From Thermoplasmata archaeon (GTDB lineage: Archaea > Thermoplasmatota > DTKX01 > VGTL01), in contig JAWCLH010000013.1 in the NCBI GenBank assembly GCA_038851035.1, positions 10,970 through 74,969 of the forward strand: a stretch of DNA of 64,000 nt, in the 5' to 3' direction. The position numbers and the translations under genes are program-made. Shown in pieces: positions 48,058 through 63,660 of the stretch. A model generated the notes under the pieces. That model was not told the origin of the DNA. It made no database searches and saw nothing but the letters and a program-made list of their open reading frames with translations. The first letter of the stretch is position 1; each line of letters begins with the position of its first letter.

Positions 48058-49236
48058 ATGGACCTCTTCACCCACATGCTGGTCTCTTATCTGCTCGGGC
48101 AGGGCTTCGGCCTGCTCTCGGGCGGGGTCACAGAGCCCCAGCTACTCTTCGGCGTCATAGCGGGCGTTCTGCCCGACATCGATGTCTTCGCGTTTCCCCT
48201 GTGGCACAGGCTCCCGCGCCTCAGGCACCACGGCATCACCCACTCCCTCCTCCTCCCGGCGGTGATGGCGCTCGTCCTCCCTCTCGTTGTCTCTCTTTTC
48301 TGGCGTCTCGACCCCCTCCCCCTCATTGCCCTCGGCCTTATGACGGGCGTTTTCCATGTCCTCAGCGACCTCCTGACGAACTTTCCCGTACCTCTCCTCG
48401 CCCCGCTGAGCTGGAGGGGCTACAGCTTCGCAATTGACGCCGCAGTCAACCCCTATGTCCTCTTCTCAAGTCTGGCCCTCATTTTTTTCTTCTGGAACCT
48501 AAGGGCGATCGGCTACGACTATGGAACCTTCAGGCTAATGCTCCTCGCCGTCGCGCTGCTTATTTTACTCCACTTCATTGTGAAGTGCGGCACGAAGCTC
48601 GTCCTCCGACGTAGATATCGCGCCGCAGCAGCCCGTGTTGACGCGGAGCCGACCTTCCGCTACCTGACCTGGTATATAAAGCTTAGCAGAGAGGTCGATG
48701 GGGCCATCCTGACGGAGTATCAGAAGCTCCGCATCGGCCGGGAGGCGAGGAGGAGCCTCTTCTACGAGGTCTCGCCTCCCGCGGACTGGAGCGCGTCTGC
48801 CCGCTCAGAGGCTCCAACGCTCGAGCCGGGGGCGGAGGGAGTGGCTGGAGGAACCCCGGTGGAATGTCAGGCCCCCGAGAAACCCCTTCCTGAGCGACTA
48901 GGGGGTTCTGGAGCCGAAGCTGGCGCCGTAGCCCGAGGTGAGCCACGGGATGGAGCGCTGGGAACCGCCGGTTCTGGAGGAGGGGCGGCTGGGGGCTTCC
49001 TGAGCGCCGACGCCGCTATCATCGCCAGCTACCGTCTGGTCAGGGGGTGGCGCGACATCCTCGGGAGCGATGATGAGGCAGCCGCCATAGTATCAGAGCG
49101 CCCGGGAGGCGGCTGGGAGGTCTTCTGGTTCCGCTGGTGGTCAGCCTACAGACCCCCTGTAAAAGGGCTGGTGGTCACGGTCCTCCCCAGCGGTTCAATG
49201 GAGGTTGCGGAGGTTTGCAGGAGGGTAGAGCTCTGA
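48058..49236 (+). CDS. Membrane metal-dependent hydrolase (YdjM-like)
   Basis: MDLFTH, LPDID, HHGITHSL, HVLSD motifs and TM helices. Confidence 0.82.
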   Translation: MDLFTHMLVSYLLGQGFGLLSGGVTEPQLLFGVIAGVLPDIDVFAFPLWHRLPRLRHHGITHSLLLPAVMALVLPLVVSLFWRLDPLPLIALGLMTGVFHVLSDLLTNFPVPLLAPLSWRGYSFAIDAAVNPYVLFSSLALIFFFWNLRAIGYDYGTFRLMLLAVALLILLHFIVKCGTKLVLRRRYRAAAARVDAEPTFRYLTWYIKLSREVDGAILTEYQKLRIGREARRSLFYEVSPPADWSASARSEAPTLEPGAEGVAGGTPVECQAPEKPLPERLGGSGAEAGAVARGEPRDGALGTAGSGGGAAGGFLSADAAIIASYRLVRGWRDILGSDDEAAAIVSERPGGGWEVFWFRWWSAYRPPVKGLVVTVLPSGSMEVAEVCRRVEL

Positions 49237-49307
49237 GGGAGGCCCTAACACCTCGAGAGGCACCCTGGGCTCCGGGCGCTCTGGGGCTCCTGAGAAATTA
49301 GGCGAGC

Positions 49308-49598
49308 CTACTTCAGAACGCTCATTATCTGAGACTCGCCTGGGTTAAGCACCGTCAGGACCGAGACGGCAAAGGGCTTCCCGCACGCAGAGCCAAGCTC
49401 AAGGCTCGTTCCCGGGAATCTGTATACGGGAGCGCCCTCGAACTTCGCGATGGCCTCCGCGTTCTCTTTTGACACATTGCTCGCGACAATGACCAGCTTC
49501 GCCGTGCCCGACTTGAGGGCCTTTTTCGCTTGGTCGGCCCCGAGCAGCACCTTTCCCGTCGTCACAAGTGTCCTGAGCTCCCTTGTGATGTCAATCAT
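49308..49598 (-). CDS. rpl30e: 50S ribosomal protein L30e
   Basis: TGKVLLG, KLVIVASN, ELGSACGKPF.VS; immediately downstream of rpoA2. Confidence 0.95.
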   Translation of the reverse strand: MIDITRELRTLVTTGKVLLGADQAKKALKSGTAKLVIVASNVSKENAEAIAKFEGAPVYRFPGTSLELGSACGKPFAVSVLTVLNPGESQIMSVLK

Positions 49599-49656
49599 CC
49601 CTCTGCCCTCCTGTCTTCTCCCTCCATCCAGCGGTTGACGAGAGCCCACGGCCGCC

Positions 49657-53711
<4,055 letters not shown>

Positions 53712-53721
53712 CGCACCACCC

Positions 53722-56700
53722 CTACTTCAGGTCCTCCAGCTGGAGCCGCATGGCGACCCCGAGCGAGAGGAGCTCGTCCATCAGGAGCTTGAAGGCGTAG
53801 CTGGTCTGAATCGGGTGGATGTTGCCCGTGTCGCCGCAGACCGGGCACCTGAGGAAGCCCCGGCGGTCCAGCATCGCGATGTGGCCACACTTCGGGTTTC
53901 CGCAGACGTACTGAATGGTTCCGTCCGACTCGTCGAGCAGCTTGTCTTTGATCACCATGGCTGCGCCATGCCCAATCAGGCAGTCCCTCTCCATCTCCCC
54001 GAACCTCAGGCCGCCCTGGCGCGCCCGGCCCTCGGTGGGCTGGCGAGTGAGTATCTGAACGGGACCCCGCGAGCGCACGTGGAGCTTACCCGCGGCCATG
54101 TGGTGCAGCTTCTGGTAGTAGATGACGCCGATGAAGATATCGGCCTCAATCATCCTTCCGGTCTTTCCGTCATACATCCTCTCCCGGCCGTTCTCCTTGA
54201 AGCCGGCGCTAATCAGCGCGCGCCTGAGCTCGGCCTCCGGCTCCCCGCCAAAGGGGGTCCCGTCCACCATCCTTGCCTCCATGCACCCGACCTTCCCCCC
54301 GATCATCTCGAGCACGTGGGCCACGGTCATGCGCGATGGAATCGCGTGCGGGTTGATGATTAGGTCTGGTGTGACCCCGTCGGCCGTGAAAGGTAGGTCC
54401 TCCTGGGGCACTATTAGGCCGATGACGCCCTTCTGGCCGTGGCGGCTCGCGAACTTGTCCCCGAGCTCGGGTATCCTCTCGTCCCTCACGTACACTTTGA
54501 CCATCCTTGACCCATTCTCGGACTCTGTCAGGAGAACGTTGTCGACCCAGCCCTGCTCCCCGTGCCTGACGGTGATCGAGGTCTCTCGGCGCTTCTGGGG
54601 GGTCAGGAAGTCGGTCTGCTCCTCCAGGAAGCGGGGTGGTGAGGTCTTGCCCACCAGCACGTCGCCTCCCTTGACCGCCACCTCAGGGCTGATCAGGCCG
54701 TCCTCGTCGAGCGAGCTGTAGGTGACGTCGACCCTAGCTCCCCTGATGTCCGGGCTGGGAATCTCGAAGTGGTCTTCCTGCCCGCCCGGGTACCTCCTCT
54801 CCTCCGCCCTGTATGTCCTCAGGAAGTGCGAGCGTCCCAGACCCCTCTCTATCGAGGCGCGGTTGAAAACTAGTGCGTCCTCCATGTTGTAGCCGTAATA
54901 TGAGAGAATCGCCACCACGAAGTTCTGGCCCGCGGGCCTGCGCTTGAAGTTCACGAATTCCATCGCCTTGGTCTGCACGATGGGCAACTGGGGGTAGTGA
55001 AGGATGTGGCCCCTGGTGTCGGGCCGAATTCTAAAGTTGGCCGAGGCGAGGCCCAAGCTCTGCTTCGCCATCCCGGCGCCCATTGTATTCCGGGGCGATG
55101 AGTTGTGCTCTGGGTAGGGGATGAGGGAGGTACATACGCCCAGAATCACCATCGGGTCGATCTCGAGGTGGGTGTGCTCGGGGGTGAGCTCGCTCTCCCT
55201 GACCGCGATGAAGGCGTTCTCTTCCTCCTCTGCGTCGAGCCACTCGATGACACCCTCCCTGACCAGGTGCTCTACGGTTATCCTGCCGCTCCTGAGGTCC
55301 TCCAGATGGCGCTCGGTAAGGAGGCACTTGCCGTTCTTGACGACCAGCAGCGGCCTCCTCAGGCGGCCCTCGTCGCAGTTGATTATAATCTCATTAGTGG
55401 TCTCGTCGTACCTGATGTTGATCTCGGGCGAGAGCAGGCCCTGCCTCCTCCTCTCCCTTATCTCCTCCACGAGCTCCCGGGGCTTCTCGTGCATGCCGAC
55501 CAAGTCCCCGTTTACGTAGATCCTTGTCTCGCTGACGTGCTCTCCCCCCTTGATCTCCTTCAGGCCGATGTTGTTCAGGAACCACTTCACCTCTTCCTCA
55601 TCGAAGCCCTTCGTGACCTCGACGATGAGGGCGTAGTTCTTCACCAGCCCGCAGTTCTGCCCCTCGGGTGTCTCGTTGGGGCAGAGGCGGCCCCACTGGG
55701 TCGGGTGGAGGTCACGGGCCTCGAAGTGGGGCTGGGAGCGGGTCAGGGGGCTGGTGACGCGCCTGAGGTGGCTCAGGGCGGCCATGTTGCAGGTCCTGTC
55801 GAGGAGCTGGGAGACCCCGACCCTCCCGCCAACCCAGTTTCCCGTGGCGAGGGCGTGGAAGAGCCTCTGGGAGAGGATGTCAGGGCGAATCGCGGACGCT
55901 ATCTTCAGGTCCCTCCTCCTCCCGAATCCACGCTCGAGCTGGTATTTCAGGTCCTTGCACAGGTTGGTGAAGGCCACGCGGAATAGGTCCTCCATCAGGT
56001 CCCCGGCGAGCTTGAGCCTCTTGTTGGCATAGTGGTCCTTGTCGTCCTCCTTTCTCTTGCCGAGGGAGAGCTCGAGCACCGACCTCGCCACCCGGCCGAG
56101 GAATATCGCCTTCTTGAGCCTGTCCTTCTTCGTGTCGCCCAGGTGGGGGAGCAGGGAGCGGTCGATGATGCTCTCTACCTTCTTCGTCCTGTACTCCTTG
56201 GCCTGGCCCGTGGCGAACTTCTTTTCGAGATAGATTATCGCGTCCTCGGTGGTGAACACGCCGTCCGGAGGATAGAGCTTCTTGTCCTGGCACTCCTCCA
56301 GATTGGCGAAGATTATATTCGACATCGCCGGGTCGGAGACTATCGCCCTGTGGATGTCCTCGTCCTTCTCCATCCCGAGGGCCTTCATCAGGATGACCAG
56401 CGGTATCTGGCCGCTCGCCGCCGGGACCGACACGATCAGCATACCGTCGGTCTTCTTCTCAACGACTGTCAGGGCTCGGTAGCCCTCCTTCTGCGAGAAA
56501 ACCTTTGCAATCTCGACTCTGTGGCCGTAGCGCTCGTCATATTCCACCATCACGCGGTTTGGGGCCAGGTCCTCAAGTGAGATTAGGACGCGCTCAGTGC
56601 CGCTGATGATGAAGTACCCGCCCATGTCGAGCGGGTCCTCGCCCATCTCGATAAGCTTCCAGTTATATTCCTCATCAGTCAGCTCCCCGTCGCTCTTTAT

Positions 56701-57183
56701 GTTCTCCCTGTGGAGGTTGCACTTGCGCGAGCGTACCATTATCGGCAGGTCTCCGATGTGCACCTTCTCGGGCTCGCGGTCTATGCCGTTCTCCACCACC
56801 GTGAACTCGAGGTAAATCGGCGCCTTGTAGGTCAGGGAGCGGAGCCGGGCCTCCATCGGCGTGAGCTCGTGGGAGGAGCCGTCGGCCTCCTTGACCACCG
56901 GCAGCCCAACGCTGATGGTCGGCCTGGCGCGCGGCGATATGTTCCCCGTAACTGGGTCCCGGGCCCTGCCCATGTGAATCTCGATGGTCTCGTGTCCGCT
57001 CTTGTCGAGCTCGAGCTTTATGACCCCCCTCTCTGTGTCATCCTCGCTGACGCGGACGCTGTCAACGATTTTCTGCATACGGTTGTTCGGGTTGTCCGGA
57101 GTTGGGAGGAAGGTGTTGAAAGACTCGAGATGATGGTTTACTATGCTCCGGTTTTTAAAAAAGAACTCAACCAGCTCCTGCAT
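53722..57183 (-). CDS. rpoB: RNA polymerase subunit B (Rpo2, unsplit)
   Basis: [40 protein letters not shown] 57183 lies 10 bp after the rpoH stop. Confidence 0.97.
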   Translation of the reverse strand: MQELVEFFFKNRSIVNHHLESFNTFLPTPDNPNNRMQKIVDSVRVSEDDTERGVIKLELDKSGHETIEIHMGRARDPVTGNISPRARPTISVGLPVVKEADGSSHELTPMEARLRSLTYKAPIYLEFTVVENGIDREPEKVHIGDLPIMVRSRKCNLHRENIKSDGELTDEEYNWKLIEMGEDPLDMGGYFIISGTERVLISLEDLAPNRVMVEYDERYGHRVEIAKVFSQKEGYRALTVVEKKTDGMLIVSVPAASGQIPLVILMKALGMEKDEDIHRAIVSDPAMSNIIFANLEECQDKKLYPPDGVFTTEDAIIYLEKKFATGQAKEYRTKKVESIIDRSLLPHLGDTKKDRLKKAIFLGRVARSVLELSLGKRKEDDKDHYANKRLKLAGDLMEDLFRVAFTNLCKDLKYQLERGFGRRRDLKIASAIRPDILSQRLFHALATGNWVGGRVGVSQLLDRTCNMAALSHLRRVTSPLTRSQPHFEARDLHPTQWGRLCPNETPEGQNCGLVKNYALIVEVTKGFDEEEVKWFLNNIGLKEIKGGEHVSETRIYVNGDLVGMHEKPRELVEEIRERRRQGLLSPEINIRYDETTNEIIINCDEGRLRRPLLVVKNGKCLLTERHLEDLRSGRITVEHLVREGVIEWLDAEEEENAFIAVRESELTPEHTHLEIDPMVILGVCTSLIPYPEHNSSPRNTMGAGMAKQSLGLASANFRIRPDTRGHILHYPQLPIVQTKAMEFVNFKRRPAGQNFVVAILSYYGYNMEDALVFNRASIERGLGRSHFLRTYRAEERRYPGGQEDHFEIPSPDIRGARVDVTYSSLDEDGLISPEVAVKGGDVLVGKTSPPRFLEEQTDFLTPQKRRETSITVRHGEQGWVDNVLLTESENGSRMVKVYVRDERIPELGDKFASRHGQKGVIGLIVPQEDLPFTADGVTPDLIINPHAIPSRMTVAHVLEMIGGKVGCMEARMVDGTPFGGEPEAELRRALISAGFKENGRERMYDGKTGRMIEADIFIGVIYYQKLHHMAAGKLHVRSRGPVQILTRQPTEGRARQGGLRFGEMERDCLIGHGAAMVIKDKLLDESDGTIQYVCGNPKCGHIAMLDRRGFLRCPVCGDTGNIHPIQTSYAFKLLMDELLSLGVAMRLQLEDLK

Positions 57184-57193
57184 CGCACCACCT

Positions 57194-57451
57194 CTAGTCC
57201 ACGACCACCCTGTAGCAGACGTACTTCCCTGCCGTCTCGCTGCTCCTGATGATTTTAATGATTCTCCCGCGCCGAATCTCCTCCCCCGCCTGCGCCTCCA
57301 GCGCTTGAATACACGGGTCCGACTTGCGAATCTTCGGGAGTGAGTCCTTGGTTGTCTTGTACTTCGCAAGAACCTCTTTCTCCTCCTCCTCGGACAGAAG
57401 GATATGCATCGGAACCAGCTGATGACTCATCACGCTGAACTTCTGCTCCAT
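57194..57451 (-). CDS. rpoH: RNA polymerase subunit H (Rpo5)
   Basis: [22 protein letters not shown]...YRVV. Confidence 0.96.
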   Translation of the reverse strand: MEQKFSVMSHQLVPMHILLSEEEEKEVLAKYKTTKDSLPKIRKSDPCIQALEAQAGEEIRRGRIIKIIRSSETAGKYVCYRVVVD

Positions 57452-57508
57452 TTATACCACCCGCTTCCTTCTGCTCCTCTACGACGCTCCTACCGCACTT
57501 TTCGCTCA

Positions 57509-57675
57509 CGGGCCTGAGGGGATTCGAACCCCTGGCCACCTGGTGTCCACGCCCGCTGAGGTTCAGCAGCGAACATAAAAGCCAGGTGCTCTTTCTAGGG
57601 GCGCCTCGACCGGTCCGCGAGTCATGCGCGCGGTGTGTCTGGGGAGCGCGCCCTACCTAGCTGAGCTACAGGCCC
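57509..57675 (-). tRNA. tRNA-Lys(UUU) with two introns (D-loop 20/21, 62 nt; canonical 37/38, 31 nt)
   Basis: Exons 57675-57655, 57592-57576 and 57544-57509 join to a 74-nt cloverleaf GGGCCTG...CCTGG-CTTTTAA-CCAGG...TTCGAAT...CAGGCCCG. Confidence 0.88.
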
Positions 57676-57953
57676 ACATGATACCGTCCATAAAGCCTAG
57701 GTCCCTGCCAACAACTTCAATAATTTCTGAGGCCATTGCCACCCCGGCCCTCCCCCCCGGTTCTGTCAATATTTATATTTTACCTCCGGATTGAGCATGT
57801 GCATACATCAACACCTATTTATATTTAATCGATAAATACCAGAATTTTTATATTTATTTTTATAACAAAGGATGTTTTTTCAATAGTTCACAACAGGCCG
57901 GAGGGGGCGCCTTCTCAAATCCCCTTCAACGGTTAACATTGCAATAGAAAAAG

Positions 57954-58038
57954 CGCGGGGAGGGGGATTTGAACCCCCGTGGTGCATGGCACCAGCGGGT
58001 TAGCAACCCGCCGCCTTGCCGGGCTGGGCCATCCCCGC
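57954..58038 (-). tRNA. tRNA-Ser(GCU)
   Basis: GCGGGGA/TCCCCGC acceptor stem, GCGGG-TTGCTAA-CCCGC anticodon arm, long variable arm, GGGGG-TTCAAAT-CCCCC. Confidence 0.95.
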
Positions 58039-58053
58039 GCTGCGATTTGGTAG

Positions 58054-58230
58054 GCGGGGACAGAGAGCCCGGCAAGGCTTGCCTCCGAAGGCGAGCGAGC
58101 ATGAGCGAGCTCGCCGAGGCACGGAGGACCGTGAGGTCTTCCAGGCCGAAGGCGAGCGAGCATGAGCGAGCTCGCCGAGGCGCAGAGGCCCTGAGGGCCT
58201 CGGCGTGCCGGGCTGGGCCATCCCCGCGCT
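58054..58230. repeat. Structured repeat element upstream of tRNA-Ser, with tRNA-derived termini and two identical 36-bp internal repeats
   Basis: 58206-58230 is identical to 58017-58041; 58054-58078 is an imperfect inverted copy of the tRNA 5' end; 58085-58120 is identical to 58146-58181. Confidence 0.85.
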
Positions 58231-58633
58231 TATACCGCCCGATGGCCCGCGTGCGGTTGCTGAAGCCATCGGACGCCATCATGGAGAGCTGAATGAGACC
58301 GAGATATATAGAGGTTTGCGGGCTGACGGGCGCCCCATCACGGGGACGGCGCTCTCTCTAGGAAATATTTTCGCGGCTCCGAGTCCCCCAAGAAGCGCTC
58401 GTTCCCACACAGCACAACGGAGCGGGCTCTTCACGAACTTCGCTGGCCCAAACCTCCACCGCACCCCTCCCGGCTAGTCTTCGCCTTGACACAGCAGCTC
58501 CGCTAACCTGTTTCATATAAAAACTTGGACGCTCGATGAGTTTGGCGCCCAGGAGCCACCAGTTCGTCTGCAACAAGGTAGACCTGCCTCATTTCCCGTT
58601 GGTCACGGGCAGGACCACCGATGTTGTTTACGT

Positions 58634-60101
<1,468 letters not shown>

Positions 60102-60337
60102 TGGAAGAAACGGTCACATAGACTTCTCTAAACGAACTGGCGGTTCCTGAGTATCGCCTCATCATCGAGCGTCGGAGCCAAGAGGTCCCGTAACCGGTTT
60201 TCTCGGCTCTCCATCTCTATCGCGATCAATGGACCTGACTGCTCATGGCCGGAATTCGCACGAATTCCGCTCGCAGCCATCGCCTTCCAGACCGCGGCCC
60301 GCGTCTTCCACGGGCAATCAGCTCTTATTACAAACGC

Positions 60338-60352
60338 ATTATATAAAATTTA
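60338..60352 (-). promoter_or_regulatory. Probable rRNA promoter TATA box
   Basis: Minus strand reads AAATTTTATATAAT about 240 bp upstream of the 16S 5' end, outside the processing stem. Confidence 0.55.
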
Positions 60353-60480
60353 TGCAGACGACCCCGGCCCGAGCGGCCCGCGAAAGCCCGCCTCTGCAGC
60401 TAGTGCCGCCGTGCGCTCTGGAGGGACCCGTGCCCTCCGATACTTTTTTACCGTCCACTAGTATTGGACCACGCTCGCAG

Positions 60481-62031
60481 ATGAAGGGCGATAAAATGAG
60501 GATGGCGGAGTGTCTCCGGCTCGCAGCCACGCTCGCACTGGTGGCAGCCCTCGTGCTCCAGACCCCCTCCGCCCGGGCTGGGCCTGGCGAGGACGTCAAG
60601 ATTCTAAACAGGGACGCGAGCTACGAGAGGGAGGTCGTCGGGGGCGAGAGGGCCACGGCGGGCTGGTTCGCCGTGAACATGAATAATATCACCTCCTACA
60701 ACGTCCGGCTTGGCCTTGCGGACGACTACGGCACCTGGAGGCTCTCGCTGGAGCCGTCGACCTTCGCCCTCTCCCCTAACTCCGCTCAAGAGTTTCAGCT
60801 CGTGTTTGACTCAAGGCGGTCGAACCTGGGGGAGACGAAGACGGTGGTGGTCCGGATAAACGTGACCGAGATAACGACCTCCACAACCCCCGCCTCCTTC
60901 GAGCTCTCTAGGTCCGTGACTTTCACAGTCGTCGCCCAGCCGACGCAGGAGGTCCACGGTCTGGACCTGCTCGGTTACCACTTGAGCCTGCCGGAGCCTC
61001 TGGACAACAGGTGGGGCCGTTTCGCCATTCTGGTCCTGATATGGTTCGTCGTGGGTGCCCTCGCGACCTTCGCCATCATTCCCTTCCTCAGGAAGCTCGC
61101 GAAGAGGACGAAGACGAAGTACGACGACATCGTGCTGGACATTATCAGCATCCCCGTTCTCGCAATAATCGTTCTCTGGGGCGTTATCGACTCCCTCGCG
61201 CAGCTGGAGCTTAGGGCCGACGTCATATCGTGGCTCGTTCGCGCGCGGGACCTTGTGATAATCCTCATTCTGTGTTACGTTGGATACAAGATATTCAAGG
61301 GCGTCCTCATCAGCTGGTTGAAGGAGGTCGCCGAGAGGACCGAGAGCCGCGTGGACGACGTTCTTGTGCCCGTGTTCGACAACATCGGGACCGTGGTGAT
61401 AGTGGTCATCGCCTGCATCTTCGTCCTGAACTACCTCGGCATAAACGTCACTGTCTTCCTGGCGGGCATGGGCGTGGCCGGCCTCGTCATCGCCTTCGCC
61501 GCACAGGACACCCTCTCCAACTTTTTCGCGGGCGTCCACCTCCTCCTCGACAGACCATTCTCGGTGGGGGAGACGATAGTGCTCGAGAACGGGGACTACT
61601 GCGAGGTGAAGCATATAGGGATGAGGAGCACCCAGCTCTACAACCTCTTCACCGTGGACACGATATCGATACCCAATAGCAAGATCGCGAACATGCAGAT
61701 AATCAACGTCTGCCGCCCCACGAGGATGGAGAAGGCGGTGGTCGAGCTCAGCGTCGCCTACGACAGCGACCTGGACAAGGTCGAGAAGATAATAGACGAG
61801 GTTGTCAGCTCCCACCCGAATGTGGTCAAGGACGAGAAGCACAGGCACATCATCCGCCTGACCGAGTTCGGCGATAGCGGAATCAAGTACAAGGTGTGGT
61901 TCGTCGTCGACGACTTCCAGAACAGGTGGCGCGTCAGCCACGAGCTCCGCAAGGAGGTATTCAAGCGCTTCCGGAGGGAGGGCGTGGAGGTTCCCTTCCC
62001 CCAGAGGGTGGTCCGCGTCCGAAGGGATTGA
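60481..62031 (+). CDS. mscS: MscS-family mechanosensitive channel with N-terminal extracellular domain
   Basis: GLVIAFAAQDTLSNFFAG..LLLDRPF..G, IGMRST, IPNS, V.YDSDL, FGDSGI, PFPQR; signal peptide after ATG 60481/60496. Confidence 0.9.
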   Translation: MKGDKMRMAECLRLAATLALVAALVLQTPSARAGPGEDVKILNRDASYEREVVGGERATAGWFAVNMNNITSYNVRLGLADDYGTWRLSLEPSTFALSPNSAQEFQLVFDSRRSNLGETKTVVVRINVTEITTSTTPASFELSRSVTFTVVAQPTQEVHGLDLLGYHLSLPEPLDNRWGRFAILVLIWFVVGALATFAIIPFLRKLAKRTKTKYDDIVLDIISIPVLAIIVLWGVIDSLAQLELRADVISWLVRARDLVIILILCYVGYKIFKGVLISWLKEVAERTESRVDDVLVPVFDNIGTVVIVVIACIFVLNYLGINVTVFLAGMGVAGLVIAFAAQDTLSNFFAGVHLLLDRPFSVGETIVLENGDYCEVKHIGMRSTQLYNLFTVDTISIPNSKIANMQIINVCRPTRMEKAVVELSVAYDSDLDKVEKIIDEVVSSHPNVVKDEKHRHIIRLTEFGDSGIKYKVWFVVDDFQNRWRVSHELRKEVFKRFRREGVEVPFPQRVVRVRRD

Positions 62032-62734
62032 GGCTCTCCTCCGGCAGAATGTCCTTAGGGTTAGTCATCTGCTGCTCTGCGAGGTCGAAGAGGAATCGGT
62101 TGCTCTCGTTCTCGCGCAGGGGGCGGAGATGCAGGAGGGCCTCGAAGTGCTTCTTCGCTTCCCTCTTCCTCCCCAACCTCCTCGATATCTCGCCCATGAG
62201 GTACCGGATGTGGAGTGCGTCCTCGGTGTGGGGCCTGACTTTACTCAGGGCCTCTTCGAGCTTCTTCAGGGCGAGCTTGCCGTACTTCGCCCTCTCCTCG
62301 GGCCCGCTCCACCAGAACGGCTGTACGAAGCTCAGGGCGCGGTCGAAGGGGGTTTCCTGAATATGGCCCAGGTACTGTAGGAGCTCCCCGACCTCCGCAC
62401 CGTAGTAAAGCCGCGCCGGGAGTGAGGTCTCGATTCCCTCGCCGTATTTGGAATAGAGCACCCTGAGGCACTCTGCAAGCTCCCTCTTCTGCGTCCCGGA
62501 GAGCTCGAGCTGGAAGTACTCCTGGTCCGCGCAGAGCTTGCAGCAGGGGCATAGGTGGTAGTAGAGCCTCATGGGGTTGGGCTCCTCATAATTTGGCCTG
62601 AAGTCAGTCCTGCGCGTCTCGTAGCCGAAGGACTTCGCCTCCCAGGAGATGAAGAATGTGTCGCATACAGGGCAGGTCAGGGAGATCGAGTCCATCTTCG
62701 TCCTGTCCCTCTCCCTGTCCCTCTCGGCCTGCAT
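61961..62734 (-). CDS. DUF2225-like zinc-finger/TPR protein
   Basis: CPVC...TDFRP.Y...CPCC, YLMGEISRRLG...EA..F; ATG coupled to the trxB stop (TAATG). Confidence 0.7.
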   Translation of the reverse strand: MQAERDRERDRTKMDSISLTCPVCDTFFISWEAKSFGYETRRTDFRPNYEEPNPMRLYYHLCPCCKLCADQEYFQLELSGTQKRELAECLRVLYSKYGEGIETSLPARLYYGAEVGELLQYLGHIQETPFDRALSFVQPFWWSGPEERAKYGKLALKKLEEALSKVRPHTEDALHIRYLMGEISRRLGRKREAKKHFEALLHLRPLRENESNRFLFDLAEQQMTNPKDILPEESLNPFGRGPPSGGREPPRPPSGSA

Positions 62735-63651
62735 TAGCCCCCTCCCCCGCCCCTGACGTGCTCCGCCGCCCTTATGCCCGCGACGCAGCCCTCGCCCACG
62801 GCCTTCGCCATCTGCCAAGGCGGGCCAGTTACGTCGCCCGCGGCGAATACTCCCCGGGCGGCGGTGGCCTGGTTCCTATCCACAGCCACGTTCCCATTCT
62901 CGTCGAGCGAGATGCCCAGCGAGGCCCCGAGTTCCATGACCCCGCGCGCCCCTTTCTCTATGAAGACGCCATCGGTCTCGAGCCTGCTGCCGTCCGAGAG
63001 TGAAACGGCCTCAACGGCGTCCCTACCCAGAATCTCCCGGACCTTTCTCCCCGTCATAACAGCTACGCGCGCCTCACCGAGCTGCCTCACCAGCTCCGGA
63101 GCGACCTCGAGCCTCTCGGCCACCAGATTGACTGTTGAGGCAAAGCGCGCCAGGTGCAGCGCCGCGCCCGCGGCCGCGCTCCCCTCCCCGACCACAACCA
63201 CCCTCTTCTTTTTGAAAAACCCGGCGTCGCAGTCGGCGCAGTAGCTGACCCCCCTGCCCTCCAGCTCCCTCTCCCCTGGCACCCCGAGCCTCTTCCTCGC
63301 GGCGCCCGTGGCCAACACCACTGCCCCAGCCCCCAGCGTTTTGCCCGACTCTAGTCTCGCTAGGAAGCCCTCTCTCGAGGTCTCCAGTGCCATCACGTCC
63401 TCCGCAATGTGCCGCGCGCCGAAGCCGGTCGCCTGAGCGAGCCCGATTTTAAGAAGCTCCTCGCCGCTCCTCTTGCCCGGAAGGAAGGCGTAGTTCTCTA
63501 TGTGGCCCTTCGCGAGCGCGCTCCCGGATGGCCTTCCAGTTATCACCACCGAGACCCCCCGGCGCGATGCATGGATGGCCGCCTGGATGCCGGCGGGCCC
63601 CGCGCCTACGATGAGGACTTCGCAGCGCTCGTCCATCGAGTTCCCCAACAC
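62734..63651 (-). CDS. trxB: Thioredoxin reductase-like FAD oxidoreductase
   Basis: IVGAGPAG, LATGA, GRGVSYCADCD, GVFAAGDVTG; start may be ATG 63636. Confidence 0.88.
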   Translation of the reverse strand: MLGNSMDERCEVLIVGAGPAGIQAAIHASRRGVSVVITGRPSGSALAKGHIENYAFLPGKRSGEELLKIGLAQATGFGARHIAEDVMALETSREGFLARLESGKTLGAGAVVLATGAARKRLGVPGERELEGRGVSYCADCDAGFFKKKRVVVVGEGSAAAGAALHLARFASTVNLVAERLEVAPELVRQLGEARVAVMTGRKVREILGRDAVEAVSLSDGSRLETDGVFIEKGARGVMELGASLGISLDENGNVAVDRNQATAARGVFAAGDVTGPPWQMAKAVGEGCVAGIRAAEHVRGGGGG

Positions 63652-63660
63652 CGATTCACC

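Noticed and set aside
57184..57369. N-terminal extension of RpoB in the ORF track
   Set aside because: Overlaps rpoH; ATG 57183 with a GGAGG-like SD (AGAGGTGG) is the plausible start
58085..58181. Two identical 36-bp repeats resembling a mini CRISPR array
   Set aside because: Only two copies; the intervening and following segments are related hairpins rather than unique spacers; no cas genes in the window
61961..62031. 71-bp convergent overlap of mscS and the DUF2225-like gene (also 29 bp at 46001-46029)
   Set aside because: The overlapping tails are low-information; common in compact GC-rich genomes and no evidence of function
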